Source: Chitinophagaceae bacterium (GTDB lineage: Bacteria; Bacteroidota; Bacteroidia; Chitinophagales; Chitinophagaceae). Taken from it: a stretch of 64,000 bases of DNA. Location: NCBI GenBank assembly GCA_013140985.1, contig JABFRU010000035.1, positions 849 to 64,848 on the forward strand, in the 5' to 3' direction. Shown here in pieces: positions 45,074 through 54,310 of this stretch. The first letter of the stretch is position 1. The number at the start of each line of letters is the position of its first letter. Position numbers and translations under genes: made by a program. The notes under the pieces are model-generated. The model was not told the DNA's origin, searched no databases, and saw nothing but the letters and a program-made list of their open reading frames with translations.

Positions 45074-46837
45074 TTATACAGCTGAGCCTGTTTTGTCTTT
45101 TACTATCTTATCAAGCGATTTTACACGACTGAAAATTAGTAAACCACCGAGTACCGCTGCTATAGCAATAATACCAAAGAATATTTTTTTGTCATGCATG
45201 CTATCCCAGGAACTGGCCATTATACCAGCCACCTTTCCGCCAAGCGAAGTGGAAATAAACCATCCGCCCATCATCAATGCCGTTAAGCGCTGCGGGGCCA
45301 GTTTGGATACAAAAGATAATCCGATAGGGCTTAGACAGATCTCGCTGACGGTGAAAATACCATACGTCAGGAATAACCACATGGAACTGGTCTTGTGTGT
45401 GTAGATGCTTGGTACGGACATGACGGCGAATACCATCACCAATGCACTCAATCCTGAAATGATAAGAGCCCAAGCGAATTTGCTAGCAGTACTGATTGGT
45501 TTTCCCCGTCGGGCCCGCCACGCAAAGAATAAAATTAGCAGGGGGGTAAATGCAACGATAAAGAAAGGATTGATGGATTGAAATAGTTCAGTATTGCCTA
45601 CTTTGGCTACACCTCCCGGTGGCCATTTGTCTTTTGGCATATTAACAAAATAAGGATCAGGCCCCATTACCTGTACTGCCTTTGTACCTGTATCTATCCT
45701 GTTCCCGTTTACAGTAATGCCATATATGCTTGTATCAGAAACAAGTTTGTCTTTTTCCATCGTCGTTGTGATGATTGTATCCTTTCTTACAATTGAATCT
45801 TTGTCCGTCACTACTACCATATGTTCATCCAGTTTATTACCGAGCCGATCGCTGTCAGATAGTGTTTGTAAAGTATATACAGCATCGGCGGGTTTTTCCA
45901 TGAATTTAGGGATAGAACGGTCTGTATGTGACTCCGCCCAGATGGTTAAGCCCGTCGAGTTCTGATTATAGATTGTCCAGAAGATAACTGATACAGCAAA
46001 GACAAATAATAATGCACCAATACCTTTTTTATCACTCGATTTTTCTTTTCTATAGAGATTAACATAGAAAAATATTACGGGGATACAGGCAAAAATGAAA
46101 GCATCGGCTGTATCGCTACCGAAAATATTACCGGGAATGATATAACCCAGGATCGCAAAAAGGATCATCGGAACAAATACAGTACCCAATATTTTTGATG
46201 TCGGCATATCACCGGGCTGCATCGGTCTTTTTATATCATGTTCTTTTACATGTCTTAAACTAAAAGCCAATGCGACCAGGCCGATGATCAATCCAATACC
46301 TGCTGCGGAAAATGCCGCTTGCCAACCGATCCTGTTGCGAAGAATAGCCGCCACGAAATTGCAGAAGAAGGCACCAATATTAATACCCATATAAAAAATA
46401 TTATAGGCATTATCTTTTAACGGCTTCAGATCTTCCCTGTTATACATATTACCTAATAGTGTAGATATATTAGGTTTAAAAAAACCATTTCCGACGATGA
46501 TCAATCCCATCGATATATACGCTGTGTATTCGCCGGGCAAAGCGATGGTGAGATAGCCGGCTGCCATCAATGTACCGCCAATAAAAATAGATTTAATATA
46601 ACCTAAGTAACGATCGGCCAGCAACCCGCCAATAAAAGGAGTTAGATATACCAGCGCAATAAATGTTCCTACTACATCTGTACCCATCGCTCTTGGTAAT
46701 CCTTTTCCCGTGCCGTCTGTCAGAAACAGTAGCAAAATTCCTACCATCAAATAATACCCGAATCGTTCCCACATTTCAGTAAAGAATAATACATATAATC
46801 CTTTAGGATGCTTGCCGGTTTTTGCGGGCTGATTCAT
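45074..46837 (-). CDS. POT/PTR2-family peptide:proton symporter (paralogue with enlarged central loop)
   Basis: 587 aa. It has FTEMWERFGYYLM and GGLLADRYLG. It carries roughly 45 extra residues in the central hydrophilic loop relative to the neighbouring paralogue. Confidence 0.92.
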   Translation of the reverse strand: MNQPAKTGKHPKGLYVLFFTEMWERFGYYLMVGILLLFLTDGTGKGLPRAMGTDVVGTFIALVYLTPFIGGLLADRYLGYIKSIFIGGTLMAAGYLTIALPGEYTAYISMGLIIVGNGFFKPNISTLLGNMYNREDLKPLKDNAYNIFYMGINIGAFFCNFVAAILRNRIGWQAAFSAAGIGLIIGLVALAFSLRHVKEHDIKRPMQPGDMPTSKILGTVFVPMILFAILGYIIPGNIFGSDTADAFIFACIPVIFFYVNLYRKEKSSDKKGIGALLFVFAVSVIFWTIYNQNSTGLTIWAESHTDRSIPKFMEKPADAVYTLQTLSDSDRLGNKLDEHMVVVTDKDSIVRKDTIITTTMEKDKLVSDTSIYGITVNGNRIDTGTKAVQVMGPDPYFVNMPKDKWPPGGVAKVGNTELFQSINPFFIVAFTPLLILFFAWRARRGKPISTASKFAWALIISGLSALVMVFAVMSVPSIYTHKTSSMWLFLTYGIFTVSEICLSPIGLSFVSKLAPQRLTALMMGGWFISTSLGGKVAGIMASSWDSMHDKKIFFGIIAIAAVLGGLLIFSRVKSLDKIVKDKTGSAV

Positions 46838-46984
46838 ACAATCGTTTTAAGTTTAGAATAGATACTTGTAAATATAATAATTCAAAGTACAGAAAAGCTT
46901 CCATTCAAAAACTTTTCATTGTATCTTTAGTCGATGTAGCAGGGTATTTGAAATCGATTTTAATCCTATTACCCACAACCAACT

Positions 46985-48265
46985 ATGCGAATCTTACTGT
47001 TAGGCTCTGGCGGCAGGGAACATGCCCTTGCCTGGAAGCTTTCACAAAGTCCTCTTTGCGAAAAGCTGTTTATTGCACCTGGTAATGCAGGCACTGCTCA
47101 TTGTGGTACTAATATCAATATTGGCGTTACCGATTTTGAAGCTATTAAAAATGCTTGTATTGAAAATGAGGTTGACATTGTCATCGTAGGTCCTGAAGAA
47201 CCTTTGGTAAAAGGCATCACCGATTTTTTGATCAGCAGTCCGGCATTAAAAAATATTGATGTTATCGGGCCGGGTAAGAATGGCGCACAGTTGGAAGGCA
47301 GCAAGGCATTTGCCAAAGCATTTATGATAAGGCATAATATCCCTACAGCCTCTTACAGGGAATTTACATTGGAGAATTACCAGGATGGCGTTGCTTATTT
47401 ACAACAACATGCTTTGCCGATAGTTATGAAAGCAGATGGCCTCGCTGCCGGAAAAGGTGTTGTTATCTGTGAAAATCACCTGGAAGCTATTGCTGAGTAT
47501 GATCTGATGCTGCAAAGAGCTAAATATGGAGAAGCAGGCAAAAAAGTAGTCGTAGAAAGTTTTTTGAAGGGAATCGAAATGTCTGTCTTCGTTCTGATGG
47601 ATGGAAAAAATTATGTGATCCTTCCGGAGGCAAAAGATTATAAAAGAATAAAAGAGGGAGATAAAGGACCTAATACAGGTGGCATGGGAGCTATCAGCCC
47701 GGTGCCCTTTGCTACGAAAGCCCTGATGAAAAAAATTGAGGAGAAAGTTATAAAACCTACAGTGAACGGCTTGCAAAAAGAAGGATTGGAATACCGGGGA
47801 TTCATCTTTTTTGGACTGATGATCGAAAATGATGAACCCTATATGATCGAATATAATTGCCGCATGGGCGATCCTGAAACAGAAGTGGTGATACCAAGAT
47901 TGAAAAATGACCTGGTAGAACTAATGGTGGCAGCTGCCAACCAGCAATTGGATACAATAAAAATTGACACCGATCCGAGAACAGCCTGCACGGTGGTGGC
48001 AGTAAGCGGCGGTTATCCCGGCGAATATGAAAAAGGTCATGAAATATCGGGACTTCAAAATATAAATGCCGAGGACAGCATGTTATTTCATATGGGCACT
48101 TCAGGTAATAATGGTAAAGTAGTTACTAATGGTGGCCGTGTCTTTTGCATCACTTCTTATGGCCGTTCCGTTTTTGATGCGGTAGAAATATCAAAAGAGG
48201 AAATGGGAAAAATATCTTTTGCAAAAATGGAATACAGGAGAGATATTGGTTACGAGTTCCAGTAA
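46985..48265 (+). CDS. purD: Phosphoribosylamine--glycine ligase
   Basis: 426 aa. MRILLLGSGGREHALAWKL, KADGLAAGKGV, and EYNCRMGDPE are present. Confidence 0.96.
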   Translation: MRILLLGSGGREHALAWKLSQSPLCEKLFIAPGNAGTAHCGTNINIGVTDFEAIKNACIENEVDIVIVGPEEPLVKGITDFLISSPALKNIDVIGPGKNGAQLEGSKAFAKAFMIRHNIPTASYREFTLENYQDGVAYLQQHALPIVMKADGLAAGKGVVICENHLEAIAEYDLMLQRAKYGEAGKKVVVESFLKGIEMSVFVLMDGKNYVILPEAKDYKRIKEGDKGPNTGGMGAISPVPFATKALMKKIEEKVIKPTVNGLQKEGLEYRGFIFFGLMIENDEPYMIEYNCRMGDPETEVVIPRLKNDLVELMVAAANQQLDTIKIDTDPRTACTVVAVSGGYPGEYEKGHEISGLQNINAEDSMLFHMGTSGNNGKVVTNGGRVFCITSYGRSVFDAVEISKEEMGKISFAKMEYRRDIGYEFQ

Positions 48266-48273
48266 TCCGCTTT

Positions 48274-48367
48274 ATTTACGAATTACGATTTGTTTGTCTT
48301 CACAGAGCCTTTCCAATAAACGTGGTTGTCATAATTCGTAATTCGTAACCCGTAAATCGTAAATTTG
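48274..48367. repeat. Heptamer-armed hairpin filling the purD / kynA spacer
   Basis: Inverted units (acgaatt acgattt) lie at 48278..48291. After a ~40-nt loop, tandem aattcgt aattcgt aacccgt aaatcgt aaatttg occupy 48333..48367, ending 3 nt before the ATG at 48371. A 13-bp perfect stem (ttacgaattacga) is possible. Confidence 0.9.
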
Positions 48368-48370
48368 ATC

Positions 48371-49363
48371 ATGGAAGTACATTATCATGATTACCTGCAA
48401 CTGGACAAGATCCTGAATGCACAATTTCCCGAAAGCAATAATCGCAATGTTGCGGCACATGATGAAATGCTGTTTATTGTCATTCACCAGGCCTATGAAC
48501 TTTGGTTCAAACAACTGCATCATGAAGTAGATTCTGTGGCAGGAATTATGGGCAAGCCGGCATTGAATGATAACTCCCCGGAATTGCAAACTGTTGTTCA
48601 TCGACTGAGCCGTTGTGTAACTATTTTACGGGTACTCGTTCACCAGATAGATATTTTGGAAACAATGACCCCGATGGATTTTCTCGACTTCAGGGATATG
48701 CTTCGTCCTGCATCAGGTTTTCAAAGCTGGCAGTTCAAAGAACTGGAGGCAAAACTGGGATTGAAATTTGAGCAGCGTCATGGTAAAGAATACTATACTT
48801 CTCAATTAAGACCACATCATGTTGATGTAATTAAAAAAGCAGAAGGAGACAAATCATTACTTCAGCTGGTGAATGCATGGCTGACAAGAATGCCTTTTCT
48901 AAAAGAAGGTGCTGATGCTTCTTTCTGGAAAAATTATAAAATTATTTACCAGGATAGTCTCGCAGAAGCAGAAAAAAATAATGTAAATGCATTTGATGAA
49001 GTTTTTGCTGCGGAAGTTCCGGAACGGACTTTATCAGCTGCTGCTAACCGGGCCGCATTATTTATTATGTTGTACAGGGGATACCCGTTATTACATCTCC
49101 CATTTCAATTATTGAATAGCTTATTGGAGATTGATGAACAGTTAAGCTCATGGCGCCACCGTCACATGAATATGGTTCACCGTATGATCGGTACAAGAAT
49201 AGGAACCGGTGGCAGTAGCGGAAAGGACTATTTGAAAGCAGCGGCAGATAAACATTATATCTTCAAAGAAATTGCACAGCTAAATAGTTTTCTTATTGAA
49301 AGAAGAAAACTGCCAGCTTTGCCGGCAGAAATAGAAAAACATTTAGGTTTCGGCTCCTTTTAG
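48371..49363 (+). CDS. kynA: Tryptophan 2,3-dioxygenase
   Basis: YHDYLQLDKILNAQ, HDEMLFIVIHQAYELWFKQ, FRD.L.PASGFQS, and ..WR.RH..MV.RMIG...GTGGSSG are present. The track start at 48365 is TTG; the ATG is at 48371. Confidence 0.93.
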   Translation: MEVHYHDYLQLDKILNAQFPESNNRNVAAHDEMLFIVIHQAYELWFKQLHHEVDSVAGIMGKPALNDNSPELQTVVHRLSRCVTILRVLVHQIDILETMTPMDFLDFRDMLRPASGFQSWQFKELEAKLGLKFEQRHGKEYYTSQLRPHHVDVIKKAEGDKSLLQLVNAWLTRMPFLKEGADASFWKNYKIIYQDSLAEAEKNNVNAFDEVFAAEVPERTLSAAANRAALFIMLYRGYPLLHLPFQLLNSLLEIDEQLSSWRHRHMNMVHRMIGTRIGTGGSSGKDYLKAAADKHYIFKEIAQLNSFLIERRKLPALPAEIEKHLGFGSF

Positions 49364-50250
49364 AAAAATCTTTCCTCCGGACCAAACGATCTGTAGGGAT
49401 TGCTGAAGAAACGATCCACCACTTTATTGAAATCATCTTTATATACCACTGGTGTGCTATGTCCTGAGCCCGGCAATATCCATAAATAAGACTTGGGAAT
49501 ATTTTTATAGATCAGCAGGGTATGTTCTTCTTTTATAACATCATGATCACCGCCGATGATCAATGATGGACAGGATATCTTTTGCAGGTCGGTCAATGGA
49601 ATATGAGGTTGCTCTGCTACTAATTTATAAAGTTTAAGCTGATTTTTTTCTGTATCAGTTTTATCGGTTTTGTTTTTCAGTTCTGTCAATGCGGGCAACA
49701 CCATATCCCATATTTGTTGCGGTACAGCGGTAGTATCAGGGACAAGATTAGCTCCGGTAGCTGCCAGCTTCTTTACTTTTTCGGGATGACGGATCGCTAA
49801 TAAAAGTCCATTAATACCGCCATCACTCCAACCAATTACATAAGCGGAATCAATTTTCATCGCATCCAGCAAGGCAGCATAATCATCTGCCATCATTTCA
49901 TAGGTCAATGAATCTCCTTTATCAATTGATTTACCGTGTGCCCTGCTGTCGGCAACGATCACTTTATATTTTTTGCTGAAATAAGGAATTTGATAAATAA
50001 AATTATTAATAGAACCTCCATTGCCATGAATGATCAGCAACGGTTTTCCAGTTCCATACACTTCTGCATACATTTTGAACCCACGGATATCATAATATTT
50101 TCCCACAGCTTTATTGCGGCCATACAAAACATTAGGATCATTCATTTGCTTCTGAAACTCATCGGAGATCTTTCTCATATCCATCTCCTGGGAAGAAGCA
50201 AACAATGAAAAGCAAAGAATAATAGTGAAGACGGCAAAAATCTTTTTCAT
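49360..50250 (-). CDS. Secreted alpha/beta-hydrolase
   Basis: The ATG at 50250 gives MKKIFAVFTIILCFSLFASSQ. It has HGNGGS, the nucleophile elbow GWSDGG and GSGHS near the C-terminus. It converges on kynA with a 4-nt overlap. Confidence 0.85.
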   Translation of the reverse strand: MKKIFAVFTIILCFSLFASSQEMDMRKISDEFQKQMNDPNVLYGRNKAVGKYYDIRGFKMYAEVYGTGKPLLIIHGNGGSINNFIYQIPYFSKKYKVIVADSRAHGKSIDKGDSLTYEMMADDYAALLDAMKIDSAYVIGWSDGGINGLLLAIRHPEKVKKLAATGANLVPDTTAVPQQIWDMVLPALTELKNKTDKTDTEKNQLKLYKLVAEQPHIPLTDLQKISCPSLIIGGDHDVIKEEHTLLIYKNIPKSYLWILPGSGHSTPVVYKDDFNKVVDRFFSNPYRSFGPEERFF

Positions 50251-50271
50251 ATTTGTAGTTTGCAACAAAGT

Positions 50272-50361
50272 ACGGATAAGCCGGGAAGTTAGAAAGACAG
50301 AAAGTCCGCAAGACAATATCCTGGTATGTATCGTTTCTTGCGGACTTCCGGTCTTTCGGAC
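50272..50361. repeat. Octamer-armed hairpin filling the spacer between the small OMP gene and the hydrolase gene
   Basis: acggataa gccgggaa gttagaaa gacagaaa gtccgcaa (50272..50311), a loop, then inverted ttgcggac ttccggtc tttcggac (50338..50361). 50292..50312 pairs with 50337..50357 at 19/21 positions. It has the same GNCNGNAA unit as 24545..24618. Confidence 0.9.
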
Positions 50362-50813
50362 TATTTAAAAGTATAACGGATACCCAACCCACCCCAGCTT
50401 CCGTAAAAGCCACGGTTGTTGCCAAATTCAAAAGAGGGCTGCCAATCAAGCGAAAGATTGATAGGGGCACCGTTGAATTTATAATCAAGACCCAAAACAC
50501 CATCAATGCCTGCAAAGGAGCCGCCACCAAATTTTGTATTATAAAAACCGATATGTGCGCCGGGGCCGATATACCATTGCAAACCGCTTGCACCGGTAAT
50601 AGGACCATGTATTTCATACAGCCCGGTTATTCTTGCACCCTGGTTCCAGAAATAACCGATCAGTTCGATAGCATTGTTGCCACTTACAAAATGTTTGAAG
50701 GAGATACCGCCACCATCCCACACTTTTACTCCAAGTGCAGTGCGATAATTATTCTGTGCCCGGGAGGATGAAAACATTAACAGCAAGACAATAAAGGCAA
50801 TAATCTTTCTCAT
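50361..50813 (-). CDS. Small outer-membrane beta-barrel (porin-family) protein
   Basis: 150 aa with signal peptide ..SSSRAQ. It shows alternating aromatic/Gly strands and a C-terminal ..GIRYTFK. Confidence 0.75.
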   Translation of the reverse strand: MRKIIAFIVLLLMFSSSRAQNNYRTALGVKVWDGGGISFKHFVSGNNAIELIGYFWNQGARITGLYEIHGPITGASGLQWYIGPGAHIGFYNTKFGGGSFAGIDGVLGLDYKFNGAPINLSLDWQPSFEFGNNRGFYGSWGGLGIRYTFK

Positions 50814-50888
50814 GCAAATTGGGGTTTTATTAAAATAACTCGTTGCGATTACTGTGCCAAAGGAATGTTCTTTGCAAAAAAGATCAAC

Positions 50889-52094
50889 TCAGGAAGGATC
50901 GGCCTTCACTTTCAATAGTAAATAAATAAAAGCGATGATTGCAATTCCCGATGTGGCGATAAAAGTGCTGGTGCTGCCGAAGTTATACCATACTAATCCT
51001 GCAATAGTGCTGGCAAGTAACGTACAAATACTTTGACAGGAAGTATAAAAGCCAATAGCGGTTGCAGTGTTTTTGTTGTGTGCAATATTGGTGATCCATG
51101 CTTTGGTAACACCATCGGTGGCTGCAGCATAAATACCATATATAAAAAACAGGATGAAAATTCCGATCATTGACGGATCAAATGCAAAACCTGCATATAC
51201 ACAAGCAAAAAGTACAAGCCCGGCTAAAAAAACTTTTTTGTAACCCAGCTTGTCTGCTAACACTCCCAATGGATAACAGCTGAGAGCAAAGACAAGATTG
51301 TAAAAAACATAAGCGGCAATGGTGATTGTCTTGCTGTCGAATGGTTTACCGAAAAGAATGAACGATTCTTTTTGAATAGCTTCTTCTGTGGCCAATAACA
51401 AAAAAATATCTGAGCTGTTGAATAAAGCAAAAAGCAATAGGCCGCTTACCAGGTTTTTGTATTCTGGCGTTGCGATCTTCCAATATTTAAAAAAAGAAAA
51501 GAAGTTCCCTTTTTCTAAAGTAGAAACAGGTTGTTTTTTTTCCTTTAAAAAGAAAAGAAACAAAACACTGATGAGGCCGGGGACGAAAGCGATATAGAAA
51601 AGGGTCTTGTATTCACCGGGGTAAAATAAGAGGAACACTAAAGCGATGGCGGGCCCGATAGTAGCGCCGGCAGTATCCAAACTGCGGTTGAACCCAAAAA
51701 CTCTTGCTTTCGTTGCTTTTGTTGCTTCCTGCGAGAGCAGGGCATCTTTGGCAGCCACTCTTACACCCTTGCCTAAACGGTCCATTGTTCTTACAGAAAA
51801 TATCCAAAAGGCAGAAGTAAAGAAGCCAATCAATGGTTTTGACAAGGCGCTGAGCAGGTAGCCCAGTTTTATAAACGGAAGCCGAACTCCTCTTTCATCA
51901 CTCAACTTACCAAAATATCCTTTGCTTATGCCGGCGGTAAAGTTCACAAAGCCTTCCAGTACACCTATCCCTACAATAGAAAAGCCGATCTCTTTCAGGT
52001 AAACCGGTATGATCGGATAAAGCATTTCACTGGCGATATCAGCAAAAAGGCTGACAAATGAAAGAATCAAAACCGTTCTTGTGATGATCCGCAT
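50889..52094 (-). CDS. MFS transporter
   Basis: 401 aa with about 12 hydrophobic helices. It has the ..DRLGKG.R.. loop motif between TM2 and TM3. Confidence 0.85.
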   Translation of the reverse strand: MRIITRTVLILSFVSLFADIASEMLYPIIPVYLKEIGFSIVGIGVLEGFVNFTAGISKGYFGKLSDERGVRLPFIKLGYLLSALSKPLIGFFTSAFWIFSVRTMDRLGKGVRVAAKDALLSQEATKATKARVFGFNRSLDTAGATIGPAIALVFLLFYPGEYKTLFYIAFVPGLISVLFLFFLKEKKQPVSTLEKGNFFSFFKYWKIATPEYKNLVSGLLLFALFNSSDIFLLLATEEAIQKESFILFGKPFDSKTITIAAYVFYNLVFALSCYPLGVLADKLGYKKVFLAGLVLFACVYAGFAFDPSMIGIFILFFIYGIYAAATDGVTKAWITNIAHNKNTATAIGFYTSCQSICTLLASTIAGLVWYNFGSTSTFIATSGIAIIAFIYLLLKVKADPS

Positions 52095-52283
52095 ACTATG
52101 AAGTTAGTTCCAAAAACCATGCAACGGAATTTACCCGATGTTACTGGATTTTACGATGATAAAAATCGCCGGATGATTTTACTAAAATAAAAGTTTCAAA
52201 AAATCCTTATCTGGCAAGAGTTTCGCTTTGATAATTCAAATTATTTCCTCCACCTTTGCTCACTACAAATCCGATACAATTTA

Positions 52284-53309
52284 ATGGGACTTTTTAACTG
52301 GTTTACACAAGAAATAGCAATTGACCTGGGTACTGCCAATACCCTCATCATACATAATGACGAAGTAGTGGTGAATGAGCCGAGCATCATTGCCCTGAAC
52401 CGCAATAACCCCAAAGAAGTGCTGGCGGTTGGTAAAAAGGCATTGATGATGCATGAAAAAACACATGAAAGCATCCGCACTGTCCGTCCGCTGAAAGACG
52501 GTGTGATAGCGGATTTCAATGCTGCCGAGCTAATGATACGGGAGCTTATTAAGCTGGTTTATCCCAACAAAAAACTTTTCCCACCCAGTTGGAGAATGAT
52601 GATCTGTATTCCTTCTTCAATTACCGAAGTGGAGAAAAGAGCTGTTCGTGACAGTGCTGAACAAGCTGGCGCCAAAGAGGTTTACCTGATCCATGAGCCA
52701 ATGGCTGCTGCACTCGGTATCGGTATTGATGTGGAGGAGCCGGTCGGCAACATGATCATTGATATTGGTGGAGGAACTACCGGTATCACTGTCATTGCAT
52801 TAGCCGGTATTGTTTGCGACCAAAGTATCCGTATCGCCGGTGATGAGTTTACAGCAGATATCATGGAAGCTCTTCGTCGTTATCATAGCCTGCTGATTGG
52901 TGAAAGAACTGCAGAGCAAATAAAGATACAGGTTGGTGCTGCTATGAAAGAGATCGATAACCCGCCACAGGATTTTCCGGTGAATGGCCGTGACCTTGTA
53001 ACCGGCATCCCTAAGCAGATAATGGTAAGCTACCAGGAAATTGCTGAAGCGTTGGATAAAAGTATTTTCAAAATAGAGGAAGCTATCCTGAAAGCATTAG
53101 AGCAAACACCACCAGAGCTGGCAGCCGATATTTATCGCCGGGGTTTATATATTACTGGTGGAGGCGCTTTGCTGCGAGGTTTAGATAAAAGACTCGGCAA
53201 TAAGATCAAATTACCGGTTCATATTGCTGACGATCCTTTGAAAAGTGTGGTAAGGGGTACTGGCATTGCCCTAAAAAATTATGACAAGTATCCTTTTGTG
53301 ATGAGATAG
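52284..53309 (+). CDS. mreB: Rod shape-determining actin homologue MreB
   Basis: 341 aa. IAIDLGTANTL, RPLKDGVIADF, and IDIGGGTT are present. Confidence 0.97.
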   Translation: MGLFNWFTQEIAIDLGTANTLIIHNDEVVVNEPSIIALNRNNPKEVLAVGKKALMMHEKTHESIRTVRPLKDGVIADFNAAELMIRELIKLVYPNKKLFPPSWRMMICIPSSITEVEKRAVRDSAEQAGAKEVYLIHEPMAAALGIGIDVEEPVGNMIIDIGGGTTGITVIALAGIVCDQSIRIAGDEFTADIMEALRRYHSLLIGERTAEQIKIQVGAAMKEIDNPPQDFPVNGRDLVTGIPKQIMVSYQEIAEALDKSIFKIEEAILKALEQTPPELAADIYRRGLYITGGGALLRGLDKRLGNKIKLPVHIADDPLKSVVRGTGIALKNYDKYPFVMR

Positions 53310-53310
53310 G

Positions 53311-53431
53311 CCTCCCCAAACCCCTCCGAAGGAGGGGCTTAAGAAGACCCCGATAAAATAAATTTTCTTAAAGCTCTTGCAAATCCAAACTAAAAAGACT
53401 TTTTTAAAATTCTCCTTTAGGGGTTAGGGGT
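53311..53431. repeat. GC-rich inverted-repeat element filling the mreB / mreC spacer
   Basis: The left arm cctccccaaacccctccgaaggagg (53311..53335) contains its own 7-bp hairpin cccctcc gaa ggagggg. The right arm tctcctttaggggttaggggt (53411..53431) is roughly its reverse complement. It ends in two tandem taggggt units that directly abut the mreC ATG. Confidence 0.8.
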
Positions 53432-54310
53432 ATGCGTAACATATTTCTCTTCATCCGGCGTTATTCAAATTTTTTCATTTTCCTGTTCCTGCAGGTATTG
53501 TCGCTTTGGTTTCTGTTTACATACAATAGAACTCACCGGGCCACCGGCCTGGGCATAGCCAATGAATTTACCGGTTGGGTTAATTCCAAATACAACAAAA
53601 TAGAAGATTATTTTAAATTGAATAAGGAAAATCAGCGACTGAATCGTTTCAATGATTCTCTCCTGAACCTGCTTCCCGGCAATTTTTCCAGTCGTGATAC
53701 TTCCGTTTTATCTACAATAGATTCATTAGTTTTCGATACGACAGGCAGGTATCGTCGCTATATATTCAGGCCGGCCAAAGTTGTCTATAATACTGTAAGC
53801 GGGGTTAAAAATTATATCCAGGTCAACCGGGGATCGGCCCAGGGTATAAAAGATAATATGGCAGTGATCAGTTCTGACGGCTATGTAGTAGGATTGGTGG
53901 TGAATGTTAGCGCCAACTTCAGCCAGGTAATGAGCTTACTGCATGTTCAAAGTATTGTAAGCGCTTCGCTGAAAAAAACAGGTGATATAGGCGATATACA
54001 ATGGGATGGGAAAGATCCCCGCTATCTTATCATGAAAAAAGTTCCCAAAACAGCTGATCTTAAAAAAGGAGATACTATTTTAACAAGCCCTGTTTCTTTT
54101 AACTATCCACCCGGGTATATGATCGGAACAGTTGCTGATTTTAAATTGGACAATACTACAGGTATGTATTCTCTCAAAGTAAAGACAGCGGCCAATTTTT
54201 ATGACCTGCAGCAGGTACATGTTATTGAGAATACGGAATACAACGAGCAGACAAAATTGAATACAGAAACCAAAAAGAAGATCGAGCAATTAAAAAACAA
54301 CCCCAGGTGA
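53432..54310 (+). CDS. mreC: Rod shape-determining protein MreC
   Basis: 292 aa. It has an N-terminal TM helix, a coiled-coil segment (..LNKENQRLN..) and a beta-rich C-domain. It sits between mreB and mreD. Confidence 0.88.
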   Translation: MRNIFLFIRRYSNFFIFLFLQVLSLWFLFTYNRTHRATGLGIANEFTGWVNSKYNKIEDYFKLNKENQRLNRFNDSLLNLLPGNFSSRDTSVLSTIDSLVFDTTGRYRRYIFRPAKVVYNTVSGVKNYIQVNRGSAQGIKDNMAVISSDGYVVGLVVNVSANFSQVMSLLHVQSIVSASLKKTGDIGDIQWDGKDPRYLIMKKVPKTADLKKGDTILTSPVSFNYPPGYMIGTVADFKLDNTTGMYSLKVKTAANFYDLQQVHVIENTEYNEQTKLNTETKKKIEQLKNNPR

